Positions 18,095-26,370 of a stretch of DNA of 26,370 bases are shown in pieces. The translations under genes and the position numbers were made by a program. Source of the DNA: a virus (Duplodnaviria > Caudoviricetes); IMG/VR virus record IMGVR_UViG_3300020045_005304, positions 1-26,370 of that record. One strand, 5' to 3'. Every line of letters begins with the position of its first letter. The first letter of the stretch is position 1. Under the pieces are notes generated by a model. It searched no databases. It was not told where the DNA came from and was given only the letters and a program-made list of their open reading frames with translations.

Positions 18095-18294
18095 AACACA
18101 TTCAGATAACCGTACAAATGAATGATGATCTAGGTATAGAGGCTATACTTTTTGATTATAACGATACGCACCTTCCAAACGATTCAAAACTAATTGAATT
18201 ATTATCCTATGCAATGCTGAAAGGATGCGTTACAAACAAAGAATCGTTAGGTGTTCAGGACTTGCTTAATGAAATAGGAATTAAATTGAAATAA
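18091..18294 (+). CDS. hypothetical protein
   Basis: 67 aa, ATGA overlap with the upstream gene. Confidence 0.55.
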   Translation: MKHIQITVQMNDDLGIEAILFDYNDTHLPNDSKLIELLSYAMLKGCVTNKESLGVQDLLNEIGIKLK

Positions 18295-18312
18295 CTAATC
18301 AATAACCCAAAA

Positions 18313-18657
18313 ATGGAAACAACAACAAAACTAATCCAAATCTTCCCGCCCGTAACAGGACAGGGCAAGAACGGTGAATGGTCAAAAACCGAATTTCTGA
18401 CCGAAACCGATGGACAGTACCCGAAGAAGGTAATCTTTACAGCATGGGGCGATAAAGCTGAACTGCTGCCGAAACCCGGCGCAACAATTAAAATCAAATT
18501 CGATGCCGAAAGCCGCGAATATAACGGGCGGTGGTACACTGAACTGAAGATGTTCGGGTGCGAGGTGGTGGGGGCGGCTCAGGCTGCACCGGCTCAAACA
18601 TTCAGCGAACCTACGGCAATGAGTTCAGCTCCGGTTGAGGATGATCTGCCATTCTAA
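18313..18657 (+). CDS. DUF3127-family single-stranded DNA-binding protein
   Basis: G.GKNGEWSK.EF..ET..QYPKKV.F..WGDK..SREYNGRWYT; acidic DDLPF tail. Confidence 0.88.
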   Translation: METTTKLIQIFPPVTGQGKNGEWSKTEFLTETDGQYPKKVIFTAWGDKAELLPKPGATIKIKFDAESREYNGRWYTELKMFGCEVVGAAQAAPAQTFSEPTAMSSAPVEDDLPF

Positions 18658-18667
18658 TACTAACCTT

Positions 18668-18698
18668 CCCGCTCCTGCTGTATGGTGGGGGCGGGGTT
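18668..18698 (+). terminator. GC-rich hairpin after ssb (possible terminator or processing site)
   Basis: CCCGCTCCTGC-TGTATG-GTGGGGGCGGG with several G-U pairs; weak U tail. Confidence 0.45.
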
Positions 18699-18712
18699 AA
18701 TTGAACTGCACG

Positions 18713-19594
<882 letters not shown>

Positions 19595-19656
19595 GTAGAA
19601 TTAACCAAACGTTGTTTTAAGTTATCAACAACATACCAAACAACCGAATAAATTAG

Positions 19657-19780
19657 TATATTTACAGTGCCAAAATTACCGTGATAATGAGAACCGATTT
19701 AAAACCTACCCCTATATTTGAATACACCCTGCGGGAATCACGGCCCGACGGCCAGGGTGTTTTTCATTTATAGGGGTTTT
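19657..19780 (+). promoter_or_regulatory. structured leader of the replication initiator (promoter, long hairpin, possible pseudoknot, 28-aa uORF 19687-19773)
   Basis: TATATTTA 19657; CCCCTATA/TATAGGGG, ACACCCTG/CAGGGTGT, CGGG/CCCG stems; loop ATCACGG complementary to CCGTGAT at 19679. Confidence 0.65.
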
Positions 19781-19795
19781 CTAATTTATACTAAT

Positions 19796-20764
19796 ATGGC
19801 AAAAGAATCCTACTACTTTGCTCACGATTACGGGGCAAGAAATGACCCTAAACTGATTAACCTTCAAATAAAGCACGGTATGTTTGGAGTTGGTGTTTAC
19901 TGGTGTATTGTTGAGATGCTTTACGAACAAGGCGGATATTTTAAGTATAACTTAAATGAATTGAAATTTATACTTAGGACTGATGCAAAGAAAATCGAAA
20001 GCATTATTAATGACTTTAATTTGTTTAAAATAGAAGACGGTAATCTTTATAGTGACACCATTTTAAGGCGGCTTCAAATTCGTGATGAAAAATCAGGTAA
20101 AGCAAAAGAATCTGCATTTAATAAGTGGGGGAGTGATCCAAGCAATGCACAAAAAAGATCAGAGAGACTTTCAATGGCACGATCAATAGCAACACACACA
20201 AAAGAAGATTGGAACGATATGTTATTATTCTTTAAAAACACTTGTGTTAAGTGTGGCTCAAAAGAATTTATTGTAAAAGATCACATAGTGCCTATATATC
20301 AGGGAGGTAGCGATGGAATAACAAATTTACAGCCACTTTGTAGAACTTGTAATTCATCAAAAGGCAGTGAAAATATTGATTTTCGCAGTGATTATTGTTC
20401 AAAAAATGCCTGCGAAATGCCTCCGAATTATATCGAAATGCCTGCTATAAAGGAAAGAAAAGAAAAAGAAATAAATGAAAATAAAGAAATGTCCAATTTT
20501 GATTTATTTTTTGATTTACTTTATAACGATACCAACTGGCTCGAACTTGTTTTGGATGCCGAAAGGAGGTTATTCGCTGTTGAAGATGTAAAGGCTAACT
20601 TTAAAACGTTTTATACGTGGCGGAAAATGCAGGGCGATTACAACCCTAAAGAAATCAAAGAAGTAAAAAGCTATTTTGGAAACTGGCTGAAAAAGGCAGA
20701 CGTGAAACCTATTAATGCAAGGCTTGAATATGCTTATCCGGTGCCTAAAAAACAACAGCAATAA
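19796..20764 (+). CDS. replication initiator (DUF4373/Lin1244-like N-terminus) with an internal HNH domain
   Basis: Start ATG 19796; YFAHDYGARNDPKL..G.GVYWCIVEMLYE; CVKCG..DHIVP..GGSD..NLQPLCRTCNSSK; upstream of DnaB. Confidence 0.8.
   Translation: MAKESYYFAHDYGARNDPKLINLQIKHGMFGVGVYWCIVEMLYEQGGYFKYNLNELKFILRTDAKKIESIINDFNLFKIEDGNLYSDTILRRLQIRDEKSGKAKESAFNKWGSDPSNAQKRSERLSMARSIATHTKEDWNDMLLFFKNTCVKCGSKEFIVKDHIVPIYQGGSDGITNLQPLCRTCNSSKGSENIDFRSDYCSKNACEMPPNYIEMPAIKERKEKEINENKEMSNFDLFFDLLYNDTNWLELVLDAERRLFAVEDVKANFKTFYTWRKMQGDYNPKEIKEVKSYFGNWLKKADVKPINARLEYAYPVPKKQQQ
20404..20490. repeat. putative iterons and A-rich tract (origin) inside the initiator gene
   Basis: AAATGCCT at 20404, 20415 and 20436 (11 and 21 bp spacing), then a purine/A-rich run. 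Confidence 0.55.
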
Positions 20765-22203
20765 TGGAAACAGTCATAAAATATAACAGAGCCAGGCCAT
20801 TAAACGGTTTTGATAGAGATAGTTTGGGTAAACTACCTCCTCAGGCTGTTGATCTTGAAGAAGCTGTTTTGGGTGCATTGATGACAGATAGAAATTGTAT
20901 TCATGATGTAATAAGCATGATTACTCCGGATGTTTTTTATAAAGAGCAGCACCAGTTTGTTTTTGAGGCTATAAAAACACTTTACGATAATAACGAACCT
21001 GTTGATATTTTGACCGTTACTAATAAACTGAGAAAGCTTGAAAAACTAGAAGCAGTCGGCGGACCGTTTTACATAACAGAACTTTCAGATAGAGTTCGAT
21101 CGGCTGATAATATACAGGCACACGCTACAATTATACTTGAAAAATACATAGCACGCGAATTGATACGCACGGCCACAGAAACTATAAAGCTTGCATACGA
21201 AGATACAACTGACGTTTTCAACCTATTGGACCAGTCAGATAACCAACTTTCAAAGGTGAATGAAATATCTTTGCGTGGTGGGTCTATGATACATATTGCA
21301 CAGAGCACAACGAAGTCAATAGAATCATTAAAGAAACGCGAAGAACTTTATAAGGCCGGAAAACGATCAGGTATAGATACAGGAATGAAAGAATTGAACC
21401 GATTAACCGGAGGGTGGCAAAATTCAAACGTTATTGTACTTGCCGCGCGACCTGGTATGGGTAAAACTGCTATTATGTTACACTTTGCAAAGTCAGCAGC
21501 AAAGGATAATAAAAGCGTTTGTATTTATTCGCTCGAAATGACTGATGAAAGCCTATCAGATAGAATGCTTCAAAGTATGTGCAATATTGATAATTACAAC
21601 TTTAAAAAAGGTTCAATGTCACATAACGACTGGCAGGAGATTTCAGCAGCTAAAACAGAACTGGATAGATTGCCGATTTATATTGACCCCAACCCATCTG
21701 TTACAATGAGGTACATTAAATCACATAGCCGCGTGATGAAACGCAAAGGCAAATGTGATATTATATTTTTGGATTATTTGCAGTTGGTTGATATGTCGAC
21801 AGGTGATAAGACAAGAAACAGGGAGCAAGAAGTGGCACAGGCCAGCCGAACAGCCAAGATAATTGCTAAGGATATTGGATGCCCTATTATTATTCTTGCT
21901 CAGTTAAACAGGGAAACCGAAAAACAGACAAGTAAAAGGCCTAATCTGTCAAATCTTCGTGAATCTGGTGCCATTGAACAGGATGCAGATTTAGTTGCAT
22001 TCATCTACAGATCAGAGTATTATAAAATTTATGAGGATTCAAACGGAAATTCAACGCGCGGAATAGGTGAAATAATAATCGAAAAAAACAGAGACGGAGC
22101 GACTGATGCAGTGTTTTTCAGGTACGACGAAACAATGACGCGAATAAGTGATTATGATACCGACGAAATAAACCCAATGATTAACAAACCTTTAAATTTT
22201 TAG
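20764..22203 (+). CDS. dnaB: replicative DNA helicase
   Basis: LPPQAVDLEEAVLGA, AARPGMGKT Walker A, SLEM, DYLQL, LAQLNR, LRESGAIEQDAD, KNRDG. Confidence 0.97.
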   Translation: METVIKYNRARPLNGFDRDSLGKLPPQAVDLEEAVLGALMTDRNCIHDVISMITPDVFYKEQHQFVFEAIKTLYDNNEPVDILTVTNKLRKLEKLEAVGGPFYITELSDRVRSADNIQAHATIILEKYIARELIRTATETIKLAYEDTTDVFNLLDQSDNQLSKVNEISLRGGSMIHIAQSTTKSIESLKKREELYKAGKRSGIDTGMKELNRLTGGWQNSNVIVLAARPGMGKTAIMLHFAKSAAKDNKSVCIYSLEMTDESLSDRMLQSMCNIDNYNFKKGSMSHNDWQEISAAKTELDRLPIYIDPNPSVTMRYIKSHSRVMKRKGKCDIIFLDYLQLVDMSTGDKTRNREQEVAQASRTAKIIAKDIGCPIIILAQLNRETEKQTSKRPNLSNLRESGAIEQDADLVAFIYRSEYYKIYEDSNGNSTRGIGEIIIEKNRDGATDAVFFRYDETMTRISDYDTDEINPMINKPLNF

Positions 22204-22207
22204 AGAG

Positions 22208-22630
22208 ATGAACAGAGAAATTAAATTCAGGGTATGGAATGGAGTAACCAAAAAAATGTGGTTGCCTGAAACATTAACTAATGACGATAATGACACTTTT
22301 ATTGCTTTATATGGTGATAAAAAAAGAACAATCGGATATGGACTTTATGACCGAAAACTTGAAAACAGATTAGCAAGTGGAGATGATGAAGAAAATAAAC
22401 TACTTCAATTCACAGGGCAAATTGACCGTAATGGTATTGAAATATATGAAGGTGATATTGTAAAGACAGGCACAGATAAAGTAATGGTTATTAGTTGGAG
22501 CCAAAAACACGCATCATTTGTAATTGACCGTAAAGGATGGGCTTTTGTTCATTATTTCGGAGAAGCGTTTGATGGTAAGGATTGCGAGGTAATCGGCAAC
22601 ATTTGCGAAAACCCAGAACTATTAAAATAA
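22208..22630 (+). CDS. YopX-family protein
   Basis: REIKFRVW...QFTG..DRNG.EIYEGDIV...EVIGNI.ENPELL. Confidence 0.92.
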   Translation: MNREIKFRVWNGVTKKMWLPETLTNDDNDTFIALYGDKKRTIGYGLYDRKLENRLASGDDEENKLLQFTGQIDRNGIEIYEGDIVKTGTDKVMVISWSQKHASFVIDRKGWAFVHYFGEAFDGKDCEVIGNICENPELLK

Positions 22631-22635
22631 CCCCC

Positions 22636-23247
22636 ATGCTCCAACCCACCCCCACTGGCTTCACCTGGCTCGCAGACCCAAAGAAGCCCAAGAAAACCAA
22701 AGACCGCCTGCCACTGACAGCCGAAGACAAACTGGCCGCTGATATTATGAATCGGCTCAGAGTTGAACGCAATAAGCAGGATTACCCGAACTTGCCATAC
22801 CATACCAAGCCGAAACCATACGACCTGAGAAGCACAAACGACATTGAGAACGCAATATGTAAGTTCTTCAACCTGCACGGGTACACGACATTTGAGCCGA
22901 CAAAGACAAAAGGCATAATGATTAAACCGGAAGTAGTGCATTATGATTTCTTAGGACATGCACAGATCAAAGAAAAAGCAAAGTACGGGAAAGGCAAATC
23001 AATCAACGGTTCTTCTGACCTGAAGGGAGCTTGCCGGAACAAAGCAGGTCAACCTATGCCGCTTGCCATAGAAGTTAAGAGCCGTTACACAAAAGACAGA
23101 GTAAGCACGGACCAGATTGAATACAGGCGCAGATACGAAGCAGAAGGTGGCACGTACATAATAGTAACATGCCTTTATGATCTGATCGTTTGGGCGGGTG
23201 ATAACGTTCTGAACATACCGCAATACATTGACAAATCTCATCGATAA
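22636..23247 (+). CDS. VRR-NUC-like PD-(D/E)xK nuclease / resolvase
   Basis: Likely start ATG 22636; GSSDL..AIEVK..DRVSTDQ..Y...GGTYII. Confidence 0.75.
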   Translation: MLQPTPTGFTWLADPKKPKKTKDRLPLTAEDKLAADIMNRLRVERNKQDYPNLPYHTKPKPYDLRSTNDIENAICKFFNLHGYTTFEPTKTKGIMIKPEVVHYDFLGHAQIKEKAKYGKGKSINGSSDLKGACRNKAGQPMPLAIEVKSRYTKDRVSTDQIEYRRRYEAEGGTYIIVTCLYDLIVWAGDNVLNIPQYIDKSHR

Positions 23248-23294
23248 CATTGATATATGTCATTGCATAATGGGAGGTTAATAGTGTATATTTG
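23229..23294 (+). promoter_or_regulatory. promoter with two TGA-N6-TCA boxes
   Basis: TGACAAATCTCA 23229, TGATATATGTCA 23251, TATATTTG 23287. Confidence 0.7.
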
Positions 23295-23327
23295 TAGGTG
23301 AAAATAAACCACATAAACCACATAAAC

Positions 23328-23603
23328 ATGAAAAGCAAAGAAGAAATACTAATAGAGTTTGGATGCCCAGAAGTTTCATTTGATGAAAATGTAACAATGT
23401 ATTATCCGGCAATTTTGAGTGCAATGGATGAATATGCAGAACAAAATATGGCTGAAATAATAAACAGCAAAATGCCATATATAACTATAAGGAAATTAAT
23501 TCAGAAAGAATACGACAAAAACCCACGTGATACTAATGTCGGATTTTTAGATAGATTTGCAAAAGTTGTATCAGATTGTTTAGCAACAACCTTAACCAAA
23601 TAA
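23328..23603 (+). CDS. hypothetical protein
   Basis: Likely start ATG 23328 after an (ATAAACCAC)2 leader; AMDEYA motif. Confidence 0.65.
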   Translation: MKSKEEILIEFGCPEVSFDENVTMYYPAILSAMDEYAEQNMAEIINSKMPYITIRKLIQKEYDKNPRDTNVGFLDRFAKVVSDCLATTLTK

Positions 23604-23606
23604 CCC

Positions 23607-24053
23607 ATGCCAACCACAGCCGAATACCAAGCCGCAATCCGCACCATAGCGGAATATAACGCGACTAGAAAAGACCCGCTGAAGACAGTCGAGGATATTA
23701 TCTACAATCTGCACGGAATTCTGCCGGACCAAATTTGGGTAAAGTCCCGCAAAGGTACGATCAAAGACATCCGCCACTGTTGTCAGGTAATATTGAGCAA
23801 CTACACCGATTACTCATACGAATACATCGGTTCAGTTACAGGACATAAAGATCACGCCAGCATATGCCACGCACGAAATCGGATTAACGATGCAGCCGAC
23901 CTGCTAAAGAGGCGCGGAGTTAACAGCCCGCTGTTGGTAACATACAAGGCAATAGAAACACACTACCGTAACATGATGGGCATTGCACCGGATGCACCTA
24001 AAATGTTCCGGTCGTATAAAGAGCAGGTAAATGCGGAAAGGGGGCGGAGGTGA
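23607..24053 (+). CDS. DnaA C-terminal (domain IV)-like HTH protein
   Basis: KSRK..I...RH....L...YTDYS...IG....KDHASICHA. Confidence 0.75.
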   Translation: MPTTAEYQAAIRTIAEYNATRKDPLKTVEDIIYNLHGILPDQIWVKSRKGTIKDIRHCCQVILSNYTDYSYEYIGSVTGHKDHASICHARNRINDAADLLKRRGVNSPLLVTYKAIETHYRNMMGIAPDAPKMFRSYKEQVNAERGRR

Positions 24054-24337
24054 GATCGGCAGAGTTGAGAATTGGGAATCTTGTAGATTATGAAGCAACT
24101 ACACACATAATTAGTGCATTAAGCAAAACATATGTACGGTCATATTGGGCGAAAGGTTTAAGGTCTGATAATTATACTTGCAGATATGAAGAAATAAAAC
24201 CCATCCCGCTAAGCGAAGAATGGCTGTTGAAGTTGCAAAAAGATTTAAAGGTTCCAAAATGGGTTAAACATATTCATACCTTACAAAATTGGTATTTTTA
24301 TAAAAATAAATGTAAAAAAGAATTGTTATTCAAATAA
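24050..24337 (+). CDS. conserved Bacteroidota phage hypothetical protein
   Basis: ELRIGNLV...IKPIPLSEEWLLK...HIHTLQNWYF. Confidence 0.7.
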   Translation: MRSAELRIGNLVDYEATTHIISALSKTYVRSYWAKGLRSDNYTCRYEEIKPIPLSEEWLLKLQKDLKVPKWVKHIHTLQNWYFYKNKCKKELLFK

Positions 24338-24343
24338 AATGGT

Positions 24344-24351
24344 TATATTTG
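24344..24351 (+). promoter_or_regulatory. Bacteroidota -7 promoter box for the HNH gene
   Basis: TATATTTG matches TAnnTTTG. Confidence 0.5.
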
Positions 24352-24370
24352 TGTTATCAAAATGGTTATT

Positions 24371-24883
24371 ATGAAAATAAAGCAGTTTATAACACAGGCT
24401 TATTCCTCAGTTAGATATAAATCTAAACGAAGAGGAGAAGATATGCCATTGTTTACAAAACATCAGCTAGAAAAGTGGTTGATTGAAAATAAACTTTTAG
24501 ATATGTGGATTGCATACGTTGAAAGTGGATTTATTAAAGGGCTAAGACCTAGCATAGACAGAATAGATGATTATGGTAAGTATGAATTTTCAAACATGCA
24601 ACTAATAACATGGAGAGAAAATTTGATAAAAGGTGTAAACGGAGAAAAGCATCATAAAAATTCACAAAATCAAAATAGAACCAAAAGTGTATTTATTTGG
24701 GATAAATATGGTTTCCTAATAAAAGAATGTGATAATTATAGGGATGCATCTATTTTTTTACAATGCCATTTAGTTAGTATAAGCAGGGCCACAACAGGAA
24801 AAAGGAAAACATTAAAAGGGTATACTTTAACTAATTCCAAAAATTTCGCTTTAACCGGTGAAGAACTAACCATTAAGCCATGA
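24371..24883 (+). CDS. HNH-like homing endonuclease with a NUMOD1-type DNA-binding domain
   Basis: PSIDRIDD...Y...N.QLITW.EN; K.V...DK.G.LIKE......A.......SIS.A..GKRKT..GY; AT-rich. Confidence 0.72.
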   Translation: MKIKQFITQAYSSVRYKSKRRGEDMPLFTKHQLEKWLIENKLLDMWIAYVESGFIKGLRPSIDRIDDYGKYEFSNMQLITWRENLIKGVNGEKHHKNSQNQNRTKSVFIWDKYGFLIKECDNYRDASIFLQCHLVSISRATTGKRKTLKGYTLTNSKNFALTGEELTIKP

Positions 24884-25323
24884 AACTAATCGCAATCCTA
24901 CTCCTACTATCCATAACAGCCACAGCGCAACGGATAAACACGCAGCTAACCTACACTGCAACAGGTCAGGCCGGAGCTGGAATAGGCTTCACGACTGCAA
25001 AAGGTTACGGCATAACATTGCAGCATTATGCAGATGTGAGCTACAAAACTGAATCGGAAATATTCACCACACGAAAAGGAACGATTTTAAGCCTTTCTAA
25101 GCGACTTATGCCAGCGATTGAAGTAAATATAGGCGCGGGATACTGTAAGACTGACAGGCATAATGAAAACAACGAATGGGACAATTTTAAGACCTTTGCA
25201 ATATACCAGATTGGAACAGATGTACGATTATGCCGGAATTTCGGATTAGTTTCGGGTGCATTTTTCGGGTATGGGCTGGTTGAAGTTTATTCGGGGGTTA
25301 GAGTTAGTATTAATATTAAATAA
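24880..25323 (+). CDS. exported protein, possible small outer-membrane beta-barrel
   Basis: Signal peptide MKLIAILLLLSITATA; alternating amphipathic Gly/aromatic strands. Confidence 0.5.
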   Translation: MKLIAILLLLSITATAQRINTQLTYTATGQAGAGIGFTTAKGYGITLQHYADVSYKTESEIFTTRKGTILSLSKRLMPAIEVNIGAGYCKTDRHNENNEWDNFKTFAIYQIGTDVRLCRNFGLVSGAFFGYGLVEVYSGVRVSINIK

Positions 25324-25334
25324 CACACAAAACC

Positions 25335-25535
25335 ATGAACACAAAAGAACAAATTGAACAGCTTAGGAGAGAGTGTGGAGAGTTGAGACCTGATGTACAT
25401 TCAGTCAATCGAAAGTTTGAGCGTATGTTTAATGAATATCATGGTTATCTAAAACCCGAAAAAGAGAAAACAATTATTGCAGAAATAATCTATGATGAAA
25501 GTAAAGACAGTGTGAAATTTAATCGTGTAAAATAA
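25335..25535 (+). CDS. hypothetical protein
   Basis: 66 aa, A/C-rich leader. Confidence 0.55.
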   Translation: MNTKEQIEQLRRECGELRPDVHSVNRKFERMFNEYHGYLKPEKEKTIIAEIIYDESKDSVKFNRVK

Positions 25536-25541
25536 TTATTT

Positions 25542-25988
25542 ATGCCTCTATTTATTTGTGAAAAATGTGGATGTGTCGAAAATACTGCTTTAGGGCATTA
25601 TTGGGGTAAGGATGCTAAATGCATTGAGGGTACAGAATGGGATAAGGCATTGTGTTCAGAATGCGCTCCGGATAAATTCCTTGGTGGGACTAACTATAAT
25701 AAAGGCGGAAAGTGGCATGGACGTTTCAAAAAAATGTCATTGCAAGAATATCTAAATAACGGGGGACAAAAATCTGATCTAATTAATTTTGAAATAGCTA
25801 TGCAAGATACAGAATTACTTAAAAAAACAATTGTTGAAGTTATGAGAGCTTACAATGATGTGATTAATAACGAGCTAATTATTGTGAATGGTCAAATAAC
25901 GTTAAGACCAGATCATAAATCAATAGCACGCGATTACATTATTCCACGACTTGAAAAAATAGGGATTAAAATAACTTTAAACGAATAA
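25542..25988 (+). CDS. hypothetical protein with an N-terminal Zn ribbon
   Basis: LFICEKCGCVENTA..LCSEC..GKWHGRF. Confidence 0.7.
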   Translation: MPLFICEKCGCVENTALGHYWGKDAKCIEGTEWDKALCSECAPDKFLGGTNYNKGGKWHGRFKKMSLQEYLNNGGQKSDLINFEIAMQDTELLKKTIVEVMRAYNDVINNELIIVNGQITLRPDHKSIARDYIIPRLEKIGIKITLNE

Positions 25989-26006
25989 ACCTAAAAACTT
26001 AAAACT

Positions 26007-26198
26007 ATGTTCATTTGTATGAAATGCCTACAAGATGTTTCCCCATTATTTATACAACATTCGGTTTATGTTAAATCGTATGGGGAATGTGAAGTATGTG
26101 GTACGCCCTCGAATTGTATTGATTTTCAGGGCTATCTACCTACTATTAAAAAAGAAAAAGTACAACCTGAAAATGTGAGCAATAAAGAAACTGATTAA
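26007..26198 (+). CDS. small zinc-finger protein
   Basis: CMKC..SYGECEVCG..C. Confidence 0.6.
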   Translation: MFICMKCLQDVSPLFIQHSVYVKSYGECEVCGTPSNCIDFQGYLPTIKKEKVQPENVSNKETD

Positions 26199-26219
26199 AA
26201 TAAATAAATCCACAAATCA

Positions 26220-26370
26220 ATGGAAACATATATAATAATTGTAATTGCAGTTTACTTTATTGTAAACGCTTTTTTAACCGGAAGCATTTATAGTGATGTA
26301 CCATTATGGCAATCAATAATTTTCTTTCTTTTTGGAAGTATTATTACTGCTGTTTTGTTAGTTGCTCCAC
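26220..26370 (+). CDS. 5' part of the junction-spanning membrane protein (continues at 41-264)
   Basis: METYIIIVIAVYFIVNAFLTG...FGSIITAVLLVAP, open to the window end and in frame with 1-264. Confidence 0.8.
   Translation, partial: METYIIIVIAVYFIVNAFLTGSIYSDVPLWQSIIFFLFGSIITAVLLVAP
26331..26370. repeat. 40-bp terminal direct repeat (right copy)
   Basis: Identical to 1-40. Confidence 0.97.

Noticed and set aside
23304-23327. ATAAACCAC tandem repeat as a regulatory array
   Set aside because: Only about 2.7 copies in an A/C-rich translation leader; most likely a slippage duplication.
24296-24844. Group I intron restoring ORF 24050
   Set aside because: The insert is almost entirely coding and AT-rich with no visible catalytic core pairings.

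Overview
The window looks like a complete circular, phage-derived replicon of about 26.33 kb: bases 26331-26370 repeat bases 1-40, and one ORF reads in frame across the join. The host is probably a Bacteroidota member, judged from TAnnTTTG-type promoters, A/C-rich leaders without Shine-Dalgarno sites, and DUF3127, DUF4373, DUF5675 and FISUMP-type proteins. Almost all genes are on the + strand. The order is: tail chaperone, tape measure, tail-tip/fibre genes (271-8910); accessory and lysis genes (8931-11245); a terminator; one minus-strand PAPS-reductase-like moron; then early, recombination and replication genes (YqaJ exonuclease, SSB, MTase, DUF4373 initiator, DnaB, VRR-NUC, HNH). I recognise no terminase, portal, capsid, head-tail connector, tail tube, integrase or CI repressor anywhere on the circle. 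It is therefore a candidate head-less, helper-dependent element, or else a deleted or mis-assembled phage. Other notable features: a circularly permuted FISUMP domain at the tail tip; a tRNA-like RNA lacking a normal anticodon arm; two promoter-gene-pseudoknot cassettes; tandem TGA-N6-TCA boxes at four promoters; a leader-peptide/pseudoknot element before the initiator; an HNH gene that appears to have captured a neighbour's C-terminus; and recurrent C/A-rich to G/T-rich polarity within modules. All family calls come from motif recognition by eye, not from database searches.
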